A stretch of 64,000 nucleotides of DNA. Source: Thecamonas trahens ATCC 50062. Taxonomy: Eukaryota; Protista; Apusomonadida. A program made the translations under genes and the position numbers. The notes beneath the pieces are model-generated. The model was given only the letters and a program-made list of their open reading frames with translations. It was not told the DNA's origin and made no database searches. The stretch lies in assembly GCF_000142905.1 (NCBI RefSeq), contig NW_013657631.1:62001-126000 (forward strand), given 5' to 3'. Shown piece after piece: positions 28,860 to 39,651 of the stretch; the stretch's first letter is position 1; each line of letters begins with the position of its first letter.

Positions 28860-30296
28860 CTAGCGAACCTCGTCGTACTCGTACTCGTACGCGTACTCGA
28901 TTTCGATAGTTGTCTCACCGGGCCCGCCGAGCTCACAGTGCGAGCCGTCGCTGACATAGCCATCGCTCCGGCTGTCGTACGAGTACTCGACTGTGTCGCT
29001 GCCCGAGGTCTCAACGGAGTCTGATGCCGACTCGACGTCGACCATGCCGAGCTCGCGGGTTGGTGAGTCGTGCGCCCCGCAGGTAGCTGCTGCCGCCACC
29101 GCCAAAGGTGCATCGAGATACTCGGGCCGCGGCGTGATGGCCGGCGCGTGCGGAAAGGCAGAGTCACGGCTAGCCGCGCGCGCCTCCTCCCGCTCGCGGA
29201 GAGCCTCCAATCGCGCGTTGCGCCGCTCCAGCCATGCCGTCTGGCGCATGTAGAATGCAGCCGAGACCGGCTGCGGCTGCAACGACGGTACGGGATCGCG
29301 CCCCGTGTGCAGTCCGAGCGCAGAGTTGAACGAGCGCAGCGGCCGCGGTTGCCGCGAGCGATCTTTCTTCGGCCAATCTTTCTTGGGTCGCCGGCGGCGG
29401 CGCGCTGATGGCGGCGTGGCAGCAGCTGTTGGCATCGCGCGCGTCCGCATGGCGAGCGTCGGCGAAAACGTGCACTCGCGCATGCGCTCGCGCTCCAACT
29501 GCGCCGCCATAGCCGCCACCTTGGCCTCATTCTTGGCCGCCTTCATGTACGCCGCCTCACCTGGGTGATGAACCGAGGCCATTCGCCGTCGTGCCGCAAT
29601 CTGCAGCGAGTGCTCGTTGAGCTGCGGCCGAAAGGTGAATTGAGCAGCGACTTGCGCCGCGACCGCGGCCCGGCGGCGCGCAAACTTGGCAGCTGCCGCA
29701 TACGCATGCGCACCGAGCGCTTGCCGTGACTCACGAGTCATGCGCGATGGCTTAGCGGCGGCGGCAGCCTCAGCGGCGGCTTGCCTGCGACGCGCCGTGC
29801 GCCGTCTCCGTGCAATCGCCCGCTTCTGCCGCGCATGGGCGGCCTTCTCTGGCGAGCCCGCCCGCTCCTGGTCGGCGCGGATGCCCTCAACATGGCGGGC
29901 AGCCCAGGACGAGAGCGGCGGTGACGCCTGTCTTCGGACCGGCGATGGCGTCCGCAGCGCCTCCCACACCGGATCGACGCCGTCCGCCGCAAACCAGCCG
30001 TCACCGCCTGTGCCTCGGCTTCCGTCCGCCGCCTCGCCCACCGCCCTGCCTGCCACCAGTGAGCGGATTGGTGACGACCATAGCACCGAGTTGCGCCTGC
30101 TTGTCCCCGCGTCTGCGTCTGCCAGCGCCGTTGCTGCCGCCAGCGCCGCCGCCCTCGCCGCGATGTCCCCGCTTCCCACCACCGGCACTGCCTCTGCCCC
30201 TGCCTCGGCCCGCGCCGCCTCGCCCGGCACCCTGCCCGGCACCACCCTCACAGGCTCGCGCCCATCCAACGAGTACACTGGGCCCTCGACGTGCAT
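28860..30296 (-). CDS. Hypothetical basic coiled-coil protein with TFxP motifs (cytoskeletal/ciliary-type)
   Basis: FTFRPQLNEHS, ECTFSPTL and FPHAPAI motifs; acidic Tyr-rich tail. Confidence 0.6.
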   Translation of the reverse strand: MHVEGPVYSLDGREPVRVVPGRVPGEAARAEAGAEAVPVVGSGDIAARAAALAAATALADADAGTSRRNSVLWSSPIRSLVAGRAVGEAADGSRGTGGDGWFAADGVDPVWEALRTPSPVRRQASPPLSSWAARHVEGIRADQERAGSPEKAAHARQKRAIARRRRTARRRQAAAEAAAAAKPSRMTRESRQALGAHAYAAAAKFARRRAAVAAQVAAQFTFRPQLNEHSLQIAARRRMASVHHPGEAAYMKAAKNEAKVAAMAAQLERERMRECTFSPTLAMRTRAMPTAAATPPSARRRRRPKKDWPKKDRSRQPRPLRSFNSALGLHTGRDPVPSLQPQPVSAAFYMRQTAWLERRNARLEALREREEARAASRDSAFPHAPAITPRPEYLDAPLAVAAAATCGAHDSPTRELGMVDVESASDSVETSGSDTVEYSYDSRSDGYVSDGSHCELGGPGETTIEIEYAYEYEYDEVR

Positions 30297-30514
30297 GCCT
30301 ACGCCTGCTGGCCCTGCTGGAGTGCCGTGCCGTCTGGCCCTGGCTCTGGCCCTCTCGCCTGCCACGCTGTCCAGTTCGAGCGGGCTCTTCGGCTGAGTCG
30401 CGCGGACAGGCCAATTTGCGGATTGGCGCCAAGCCCCCCCCCCCCCCCCCCCAACCCCTCTCTCCCCCTCTCGCCCCGGAATCACTCACAGCCACCGCCT
30501 GCAGCCTTTTACAC

Positions 30515-33500
30515 CTACAGCTCGAGATTCAAAAAGTCATCGCCGGAAAGATCGGCGACGAGGTCGTCGACAAGCATGCCATGATCGGTTGGACCCGACG
30601 AGACGACCCGGGCGCCGCCGCTGGGAAGGGCGGTGCGCAGCGCGCTGGCGGGCGGTGTCGTCCCCGACCCGCTGCCGGCCGCACTTGTTCCGGCAAACGA
30701 CGGTGTGCCGAGCTCGTTGAGAAAGTCTTCGAGGTCATCGTCGCCGAGGTCATCGTCGCCGAGGTCGTCGTCGAGCGGCGAGCCACCGCCATACCCGGCC
30801 GCTCGCCCGCCGGCCGTCCGCGGTCGGCTCACCCGTCCGCGGTCGCCCACGTTGCGTGAGCCGCGGCGCGAGCTGCGACGGCTCGACCCGCCGCGGCTCC
30901 GCGACGACGAGTGGCTCGCGCCGCGCCGCCGCGAGAAGCCGGACGTTGGCCCGGTCATCCCTGCCCGCGCCCGTGCCACGCTCGTCTCCACCCGTCCCTC
31001 GCCGGACGCGGCGGCAGTAGCGCTGGCCTCCACAGCTGGGCTGTTCGGCTCGTGATCAAAGAGCACGTCGTCCCAGTCGCAGAGTGACGTCTCAAGCTCG
31101 TCGTCCTTCTTGGAGCTGGCACCATCGTCGGCCGCCGCGGCTGCTGGCCCGGGCGACGGCGACGGGCTCAGCTCAAGAACGTGCGATGAGTGCAAGCCGG
31201 GCGAGGCGAGCGTCATCGCGCCTGCCGGCGACGAGACTGACGAGATGTTGAAGGATGACGCGGCACGCACCGCGCCAGCCGCGCTGTCGCTCGACTCGAC
31301 GCCATCTGCACCGTCCACGTCGTCGTCGTCATCGTCATCGTCATCGCCGCCCAGCATCGGGATCGTCGGGATGTCGCACGAGTCCGAGGTCGCGCCGCCA
31401 ACAACAGCCTGTTCGTCGTCAAGCCGCACCACGCCGCCATCGACAACCAGCGAAGCCGTAGCTGGGCCTGGCGTCGCGGGCTCGGCCACCCGCTTGGACG
31501 GTGAGCTGCGCTTGCGCCGTTTGCGCCGCTTCGACGAGCTCTCGAGCAGCGCATTGTTCTGCTCGATAATGGCGTTGTTGTTGGCAATGACCTGCGACAT
31601 CGGCGACAGCGCCTCGACAGCAGCCACTGCTTCCTCATCGTGGTCATCGCCGTTATCGAGAACATCTTCCACCATCAGTGAGCCTTGTCCTGCGCTGCCG
31701 GCAGGCACCGGAGTCTTGGCGGGCGTGGCCTCTGGCGTTTGCTCGCTGTTGCCGGCAGCTCCAGACGCCCGAGTTCTCCGCTTCCGTCGCTTCACCCGGC
31801 GACTGCTGCTGGTGTTGTCCGCACTGGCAACCGAGGTCTTGTCGTCGTCGACGTCGTCCACGAGCGCGTCCGCGACGTCCTCGACAATCATCTCGACTAC
31901 TTGTGTCTCAGCCGGAGCCTCGCCCACTGAGTCTGCAGCGGGTGCCACTTCTGCTGCGACTGGGGTGCCGTCACCGTTGGCCTCGCCTCCGGCCTCGTGA
32001 CGAGGCCGGCGGCGCTCTTTTTGCGCCGACGGCTGGGAGTAGCCTCGAGCTCGGGCTCGGGCTCGGACTCTGGCTCGACCGAGCGCTTGCTCTCGTACAG
32101 CGAGGCGAGCATGTTCTCGTTGTCGTTCTCGTTGTCGCTGACGGGCGGCGGCGCAGTCGACGCCACCACGGCAGCCAGCGCCTCCATCTCGGCTTCAACC
32201 TCCTGACGGGTGGCGTCGTAGGCCGGCCCTTGCAGATGCGGCGCCGTCCGGCTCGTCCTGGAAGCCTCAAAGCGCTCCTGCGCAAGTGCAAGCTCCCGCT
32301 TTGAAAGACCGCCATGGCGCGCTTCGGCCTCGGCTGCTCCAAGCGTCGACAGCTCGGCACTCACCTCAGCGTCGACAACCTCGGACTCATACCTGATGTC
32401 CTCGTCATCGTGCTCAAATCGGGTCTTGAGGTATGACTTGTCGCCAGAGAGCGAGTGGATCTTGGGCATGTCAGCGAGTGAAGTCGAGAGAACCGACGGC
32501 TCGCCAGCGCCGGCAAGCTGCGGCGTGGATTGTGGCGTGGACTGGCGCTGCGGCTGCGCTTCTGGCTCGCGGCTCTCCTTGCCCTTGGACCGCCGCCGCC
32601 GCTTGCGCTTCTTCGACGGCTTAGCTTCATCGATGACTGCTGCTGCTGCTGCTGCTGCGGCCTCGACCGCCGGCAGCGACTCGCCGAGGTCCGAAACGTC
32701 AAAGGCCGAGTCCTGCTCGGCAGCCACAGGGACTGCAAGCAGATGCGACTCGTCGCCAACCAGCACCTCGACAGGGGTCAGCTCCGGGCCGATGATCTCC
32801 TTGCGCGACTCGTCCCGCGAGAGCTCGTGTGCCACCACCTGCCGCTCCTCAGGCTGCATGGGGTCGGGCCGCTTGCTGCGGCGCCGGCTGCGACGCCGAC
32901 GCTTGCTCGAGCTCATCGATGCCGGCGTTGGCTCGGGTTCAGGTGCCGGCACGTCGACTGCCGCTTCATCGGCATCGCAGATACTCTCGTCGCCGCGGCG
33001 CTTGGTCCTCCGGCGCCTGCGTCGGTGCGACGACCGCGTCGACCTGACGCCGCCAGTGTCGGCAGCCGAGCTCCCCACAGCAGGATTGACACTCTGCTCC
33101 TCGTCGGCGTCGCGGAGCTCGCCAATGGCTGCCGGCTTGGCTGGGCTCGCCGAGGCCATAGCCTCGAGCTGGGCCTGAAGCCGCTTGTTCTCGTCAGCGA
33201 GCTTGCTCATTTCGGCGGCTGTCTCGCGAGTGTTGGCCTCCTGCGCCGCCAGCTTGTCGGTCACGACCGCAAGCTTGTCCTCCAGAAACTCACGCATCGA
33301 CTCGTCGAGGCCGCTGGCGGCGTCGCCGCCGTCGGCGTCGACGAGGCCGCCGATGACCAAACCCGAATCCATGCCGACGCCCTGCGGCGCCTCAAGCTGG
33401 AACCGCATCTGCTCGAGTGCCGCTGAATGTGCTGCCTGCATCTCGGCGCGCTGCGCTTCCAGCTGGTCCTGGAACTGGCGCTGCATCTGCTCCAGCTGGG

Positions 33501-34605
33501 TGGTGAGCGCCGCTAGCTGGGCTGCGGCGGCCGGATCGGGGGCAGCCGTGTGTGCTGGTGCTACTGGCGCAGTCTGCCGGCTCTCTAGCGCCGCCTTGAG
33601 CTGCGCCTCAAGCCGCTCCTCCAGACTTCCGACCGACTTGAGCTGGTCCTGCGATGCCTGGGCCGCAGCGCGCCACTCTTCCATCTCCTTTCGGAGCTGG
33701 GCGACCTCGTCGGCCTGTGCTGCGGCTGCGGCCTGTGCTGCAGACGCGGCGGCGGCGGCGGCAGTGACTGCAGCGGCAGCCTCGTTGCCAGAGGCAGCCT
33801 TGCCCATCGGCAGGCTCGGGGCGGCAGCCTGTTCCTGCGGCGGGGCATTCTCGTTGGCGGGAGCAGCCGGCATCGCTGCAAACGCGTCGGCGTGTTCTGG
33901 GTGTCTGCGAAGGACATGCGAGCGAACGTAGTAGCTGTTGAGAAATACCTTGCTGCAGAACGGGCAGCCGTTGAGGTCTGTGGTAAGCCCGGCGACGGCC
34001 GGTGCGGTTTGGGCCGGCACGCCGACCGCGGCCGGGAGCGCCGAGTCGGGAGCCGAGCCCAGCAGGCGCTGGTAGGTGTGGACAATCTTGCGGAGCGACT
34101 TGAGTTCCTTCCGCATGCCCCGGGCGTCATCGTCTGCGGCGGCGAGCTTGCGCTGCGCGGCGGCGAGCTCAGCCTGCGCATCTGCGGCGGCTGCAGCAGC
34201 GGCGTCTTTGCGCTCCTCGAGGTAATCCTGACCCTGCAGCAGGTAGTCGATGATGAGCTGGGCGAGCTTGAAGAGCTTGACAAAGTTGGCGTCGACGCCG
34301 CGGAGATCCTCACCCTCGATGTCGGCAAAGGTTACGTTCTCCAGCACGGCTTGGAGGGCGCCAAAGTCGAGGTGCTTCTCGATGGCCGCCACGTCGAGGC
34401 CCGAGACCAGCCGCCAGTCGATGCCCCCGGCCCGAGGCCGAAAGTAGAACGCAGGCGGTCCGGGCGAGTCCCTAGCCCCCTCCCCCCGGCCAACCCCATG
34501 CCATCCACCACCATCTGTGTGAGTCGCACTACCGTCTGCCACCGTTCGCTGCAGTCGCCGGCCGCCGTTTTGGCGCCAACAGCCGCCTACCACAGCCATG
34601 GCCAT
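30515..34605 (-). CDS. DZIP1: DZIP1/Iguana-like basal-body zinc-finger protein; frame break at ~32015-32022; start uncertain
   Basis: Dzip-like N domain FYFRPRAGGIDWRLV..LENVTF..FVKLFKLAQLIIDYLL, C2H2 CPFCSKVF..SHVLRRH and coiled coil. ORF 30515-31948 has the same acidic and RRKRR style and joins with one added base. Confidence 0.82.
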
Positions 34606-34821
34606 CCTGCCGTAGTGAGGGTGGTCCCCCCCCTCCCCCCCCCTCCCCCCCCCTCCCCCCTCCTCCCCCATATCCCCCCTCTCCCTCCCCTCTTTCATCC
34701 CTCCCTGCCCTCCTTCCACGTACATCCCTCCTGCAGTCGGGTGTGGGTGGTGTGCGGAGAAGGGGTGTGGCCAGGGCTGTGGGGCATTCGATGGTCGCCT
34801 GCCGAACCGAGGCATTTAGTT

Positions 34822-34888
34822 GAGGCATGGGCCAGACCGAGGCATGGGCCAGACCGAGGCATGGGCCAGATCGAGGCATGGCCCACAC
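34822..34888 (+). repeat. 17-bp tandem repeat GAGGCATGGGCCAGACC x3 plus a degenerate copy
   Basis: Directly visible in the DZIP1/PP2C divergent intergenic region. Confidence 0.9.
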
Positions 34889-35351
34889 AGGGTCAAGCCA
34901 AGGCCAGCTGTCTTGGTCGATCCCGTGATGATGATGGATGGCAAGTGATAGAGTTGGGGGCGATTAATCGTAGCTCTGTTGTTCTTCCAATCGTTGGTCT
35001 TCTCCTCGCTTGCTCGCCGTCTGCGATCCCCCCTCTCCTCTTCCTCCTTGCCTCCCCACCATCCATGGAGACCCCGATCTCTGTCTCCTGCCCTGCCCTC
35101 CCCTCTCCCTCCCCTCTCACCGTCCATCTCCTCTCCTCCCACCACTTCCGCCCCACCCCACCCATTTCCACCCGTCCCCTGTGCACATCTGCGTTTTGGC
35201 GCGAAGCGGGGGGAGAGGGGGGGAGGCTCGTCGGGTGCGGGCGAGGGTGGTGACGGCCTGGCTGGCACTGGGCCACCTTGTTGACGGAAGCGGAGCGGGA
35301 GGAGCAAGACCTAACTCGCGACTGATCGAGTACGGTTGCAAAGAGAGACCG

Positions 35352-37709
35352 ATGTGCGACGCACTGTTTGGAAGCCGTGCGCCTGCGACGTCTGTGGATG
35401 GCTACCTCCTTGGCCCGTCCAAGAAGATTGCTGTCGAGACCGGCTCCAATGCATGGATAGAGTACGTGGCCGTCTCCATGCAGGGCTGGCGGGCGAGCAT
35501 GGAGGACGAGCACAACGCCATACTGGACATGATGCAGTTCAAGGACAAGGTATCCGGTGCTGCTACCGCTGCTCAAACCAGCAAGAAGTCGGCCTCGTCG
35601 CCGGCCTCGTCGCCGGCCTCGTCGCCGGCCTCGTCGCCGGCCTCGTCGCCCGCAAACTCGTCCTCGCCACGCGACGAGTCCGAAAGTCATTGCCGGCGCC
35701 GCTCAGACGATGGCTCGGACGCTTCTGCCTTTGACTCGACCGCAGATCGGTCAGACTCGTCGTATCGCTCATACTCGGAGGCCCAGGAGGAGCCGCGCCG
35801 GTCGACCAAGGGCCGGTCGACCAAGGGCCGGTCGAACAAGGGCCGGTCGAGCAAGGGCCGGTCGAACAAGGGCCGGTCGAACAAGGGCCGGTCGAACAAG
35901 GGAAGCTCCAAAGGCCGGTCGAACAAGAGCCGGTCGAACAAGGGAAGCTCCAAAGGCCGGTCGAACAAGAGCCGGTCGAGCAAGGGCAGCTCCAAGGGAA
36001 GTTCCAAGCACAAGTCCTCGGCATCTGGCTCGACGTCATCAGCAGACACTCTGTCGCCGTCCAACGTTCGCGTGCAGAGCAAACGCAAGTCAAGCAGCAA
36101 GGGAAGCTCCAAGCGGAGCAAGGGCAAGCGCTCGGCCGGGAAACAGGTATCACCGTCAGCGTCTGACTCGCCCTCATCGTCCCATTCGCCCACACCGGTC
36201 ATCTCCGAGTCAACGTCCGAGTCCGACCCCGAGTCTCAGCCCGAGCCCGAGTCCGAGTCTGAGCCCGAGTCTGAGCCCGAGTCCGAGTCTGAGCCCGAGT
36301 CCGAGTCCGGGTCGTCGAGCCCGGGCTGCGAGAGCGCAAAGTCATCTGCTGACCAGGAGAGCCGCAACGACAGTGACAAGGGCAAGGGCAAGGGTAAGAG
36401 TAAGGGCAAGGGCAAGGGTAGGTCGCGGTTCAGCTTCCTGATGCGCAAGCGACCTGTGCCCGAGGACGCGCCGCTGATGTACTTTGCTGTGTACGACGGA
36501 CACGGCGGCGACGAGGTGTCCAAGCTGTGTGCGGCGGTGCTACCTGCGGCGATTGCGCAGCGGATTCCGCACGAGTACTCGCCCAAGGACCTTGCGCGTG
36601 CGATGAAGGAAACGGTGCTGCGGCTGGATCGCAAGCTTATTGCTGACAAGTTTGAGCTGGGGACAGAGCCTGGCTCGACGGCGATCATGACCCTTGTCTC
36701 CCCGACACACTTTGTGGTGGGCAACGTCGGCGACTCGAGGGCGCTGCTATGCCGTGACGGCGAGCTTGTGGCCATGTCGCGCGACCACAAGGCGAATCTG
36801 CCGCACGAGCGGCGGCGGATTGAGCGCGCTGGCGCGGTGGTCGAGCACTCTGAGGGTGACGACTACCGGGTCGGTGGCCTGGCCATGTCGCGGTCGATCG
36901 GTGACGTCGACCTCAAGCGAGTCCGCGGGCGGTCGCAGCTGCAGCAGCCGGTCATTGCCGACCCAGAGTTTGCGGTCCGGCCCAACGACGGGCGGGTCTC
37001 GTTTATGGTCGTCGCCTGCGATGGCATCTTTGACGCCAAAACCAACCATCAAGTTATCGCTTTTGTCAAGAGCCGCCTAGACCGCGGCCACTCGCTCAAA
37101 AAGGTGGCAAAGGCGCTCCTGCTCGACTGCCTCGACCCGCAGGCTGTCAACGATCTCAACAACGCTAGCAGCGAGCACGGCGGGCGATCGACCGCCCACG
37201 GCTCGACGGACAACATGACCGCCATCCTCATCCGCTTCAAGACGTTTGACCCGTCCAAGGCCCAAGGCCTCGCTCGCGCCGACTCGACCGCCACCACGAC
37301 CGCCACCGCCACGGCCTCGGGCTCTTCGCTCACCTCCTCAGCCTCGGGCTCATCTCTCAACGCCGACGCCGATGCCGAGAGCGACAGCGAGTCAGACGCG
37401 GCCTCGAGCTCGGAAGACGACGACGACGAGTCGTCGGCCTCAGCCTCGCCGTCAACCGAAGTCTCGGTCAATCTCGAGGACTATGTCGAGCGGCGGCCAC
37501 AGCGCGGGTCGCGGCGGTCTAGCCGGCGGCGTGGGCGTGGGCGAACTAGCTCAGGCTCGGGCTCGGGCTCGGGCTCCCCGGCGCGGACCACGACGCGGTC
37601 TGGCCGGATTCCAGCGTCGCCGCGGCGGAGCCGGTCGCGCCATGAGTCATCGGGCGGGAGTACGCCGCGCGACTCGCGCCGGCGCTCGTCGCGCTCCGCC
37701 CGCTACTAA
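35352..37709 (+). CDS. Protein phosphatase 2C with large low-complexity insertion
   Basis: SMQGWRASMEDEH, YDGHGG, GSTA, NVGDSRA, SRDHK, LAMSRSIGD, VACDGIFD and DNMT. Confidence 0.93.
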   Translation: MCDALFGSRAPATSVDGYLLGPSKKIAVETGSNAWIEYVAVSMQGWRASMEDEHNAILDMMQFKDKVSGAATAAQTSKKSASSPASSPASSPASSPASSPANSSSPRDESESHCRRRSDDGSDASAFDSTADRSDSSYRSYSEAQEEPRRSTKGRSTKGRSNKGRSSKGRSNKGRSNKGRSNKGSSKGRSNKSRSNKGSSKGRSNKSRSSKGSSKGSSKHKSSASGSTSSADTLSPSNVRVQSKRKSSSKGSSKRSKGKRSAGKQVSPSASDSPSSSHSPTPVISESTSESDPESQPEPESESEPESEPESESEPESESGSSSPGCESAKSSADQESRNDSDKGKGKGKSKGKGKGRSRFSFLMRKRPVPEDAPLMYFAVYDGHGGDEVSKLCAAVLPAAIAQRIPHEYSPKDLARAMKETVLRLDRKLIADKFELGTEPGSTAIMTLVSPTHFVVGNVGDSRALLCRDGELVAMSRDHKANLPHERRRIERAGAVVEHSEGDDYRVGGLAMSRSIGDVDLKRVRGRSQLQQPVIADPEFAVRPNDGRVSFMVVACDGIFDAKTNHQVIAFVKSRLDRGHSLKKVAKALLLDCLDPQAVNDLNNASSEHGGRSTAHGSTDNMTAILIRFKTFDPSKAQGLARADSTATTTATATASGSSLTSSASGSSLNADADAESDSESDAASSSEDDDDESSASASPSTEVSVNLEDYVERRPQRGSRRSSRRRGRGRTSSGSGSGSGSPARTTTRSGRIPASPRRSRSRHESSGGSTPRDSRRRSSRSARY
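35797..36010 (+). repeat. Coding 15-bp repeat (KGRSN) inside PP2C; flanked by SSPA (35589-35651) and ESEP (~36215-36305) repeats
   Basis: AAGGGCCGGTCGAAC units visible. Confidence 0.9.
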
Positions 37710-37723
37710 GCGCCATGCGAGAT

Positions 37724-39199
37724 CTATTTCCTCTGGCGTCCTGGCTTCAGAAACTGTGCCTTGGGTGGCGAGCCTGCGGCTGCAGCCCGACTGGCCAGCT
37801 CCGGAAAGTGCGGCTGGGTCGGTGTGCCTGCGGCCGAAGCCGACTCGGAGCCAGCAACAGCCTCGAGGGCCCGACGTGCTTCGCGCTCGCGGCGCTGGCG
37901 CCGGTGCTTGGACTTGCGCTCGGCACGGTGGCGCTTGATGGCATGCGCTGCCGACGTCTGGTCGATACAGAACAGCGGTGTGCGGCGGATAAACCGTGAC
38001 GACGGCTCGAGGCGGATCCCGAGCGGGTTGTGGAGCCGAGACGGTGCAGCCTCTGTGGCCGTTTCGGTCGCCATCCGGAGCGCGGCCGCGTTTGTGAGGA
38101 GGCCAGTCGAGACTACGCCTGCATCAGCAGAGCTACTCTCCGGGTGCGCCCCACTTGTGTTGGCGAGGCCTTCCGAGACGGCGATCATAACCTCCTCACA
38201 CGCCTCGCACGGATTGCCTGATAGGGTGATCATGTTGACGTTGACGTTGGCGTGGAGGCCGGCGGCAAGGTCTCTGGCGCCGGTGGCTGTGATGGCGTTA
38301 GCGTCGAGGTGCAGGCGCATGAGGCGCTTGTTGGCGGCGAGGCCGGCCGCAAAGGCGGAAGCACCATCATCAGCGATGGTGTTCGACTTGAGGTTGAGCT
38401 CGAGGAGAGTGGCGTTGGATGCTAGCGCCTTTCCGAGGGCGGCCGCGCCGTCGTCGCCAATGCTGTTGTACCCGAGGTTGAGCGCGGTGAGGCCGGCTTC
38501 CGAGCCGGAGAGGACCGAGGCCAGGAGTGTGGCGCCTATGTCGCCGACCTGATTCCAGTACAGATCAAGCGCGGTGAGCGTCATGCCGCGGGCAACGTCG
38601 ACCGAGGTCATGGTGGCCATGGCAAACTCGAGATAGACCGAGGGCTGGGAAAGGCCATCGCCGGCATCAGCGGCAGCACTGGCTTCGTCCGAGAGGAGCT
38701 TGGTTGCTGACGGCGACTTGGCGAGGCGGGCGGTGGAGGCCTGGCCGGCAGCGGCGAGGAGCGAGCCGTTGAGCGCGTCGACGAGATAGGCGAGGCCGAT
38801 GGCGGAGATGCCGTTGGCGGCGAGCGAGAGCTTGGCCAGTGAGCGAGCAGCAGCGACTCCGCGCGCGACGCCGTGCATGGCCGCATCACCGAGCTCGTTG
38901 AACCCGATGTCGAGTGAGGCGAGGGTCCGAGCCGAGGCGAGCAGCGATGCGAGGACATCACCGGCCGTATCGCTGAGCTCGTTGTTCCGCAGCGAGAGGC
39001 TGGTCAGCGAGGTGTTGACATGCAGCGCGAGAGCGAGCTCCTCCACCCCGGCCGTCGTGATGGCGTTAGACGAGACGTCGACGTGCGTCACCTGCGACGA
39101 CTCGAGCGTCAGCTCGTGGGCCAGCGCCGTCAGCCCGTCATCGTACATGGCCGAGTTGGCGAGCATCACCTCCTCCACCGTCGCCCCGAGCAGGTCCAT
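37724..39199 (-). CDS. RNI-like leucine-rich repeat protein
   Basis: 28-aa LRRs such as LTSLSLRNNELSDTA, LDLYWNQVGDIGA and LNLGYNSIGDDGAAALGKAL. Confidence 0.88.
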   Translation of the reverse strand: MDLLGATVEEVMLANSAMYDDGLTALAHELTLESSQVTHVDVSSNAITTAGVEELALALHVNTSLTSLSLRNNELSDTAGDVLASLLASARTLASLDIGFNELGDAAMHGVARGVAAARSLAKLSLAANGISAIGLAYLVDALNGSLLAAAGQASTARLAKSPSATKLLSDEASAAADAGDGLSQPSVYLEFAMATMTSVDVARGMTLTALDLYWNQVGDIGATLLASVLSGSEAGLTALNLGYNSIGDDGAAALGKALASNATLLELNLKSNTIADDGASAFAAGLAANKRLMRLHLDANAITATGARDLAAGLHANVNVNMITLSGNPCEACEEVMIAVSEGLANTSGAHPESSSADAGVVSTGLLTNAAALRMATETATEAAPSRLHNPLGIRLEPSSRFIRRTPLFCIDQTSAAHAIKRHRAERKSKHRRQRREREARRALEAVAGSESASAAGTPTQPHFPELASRAAAAGSPPKAQFLKPGRQRK

Positions 39200-39410
39200 C
39201 GTGCTCTGGGGTGGGGTGGGGTGGGGTGGGGTGGTGGGGTGGGTGGGTGGGGGAGGTGAGGGTGGAGTGGTGGTGAGCGGAGGTCTTGCTGCTCCCCACG
39301 GTCATCGCATCTCGCATCAGTCCCGCTTCACCCAACGCAAGCCACATGTGGCGATCTGGCCCGCTACTCCCTTTCCTCTCATCGATGCTCTCTCTCTCTC
39401 TGCCTATGGA

Positions 39411-39496
39411 TCGGCCCATGACTCGGCCCATGACTCGGCCCATGGCTCGGCCCATGACTCGGCCCATGACTCGGCCCATGACTCGGCCCATGACTC
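39411..39496 (+). repeat. 12-bp tandem repeat ACTCGGCCCATG x7
   Basis: Directly visible in the LRR/VPS26 divergent intergenic region. Confidence 0.95.
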
Positions 39497-39651
39497 GCTC
39501 GGTTCTTGCTAGCAGTTGAATGAGGAGTGGGCTGGCGAGCCGGCGGGTTGGCTCACTGGCACGAACGGGTGGGCGAACGATGGTGGCGACGAATCGTCAC
39601 CAGCCGTCTCGTGACCGCCGCCAGCCAGCGAAGGTTCTGAACGACAGTGGG

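Noticed and set aside
34822-39496. CRISPR-like arrays at the 17-bp and 12-bp repeats
   Set aside because: They are head-to-tail tandem units with no unique spacers, no cas genes, and a eukaryotic context.
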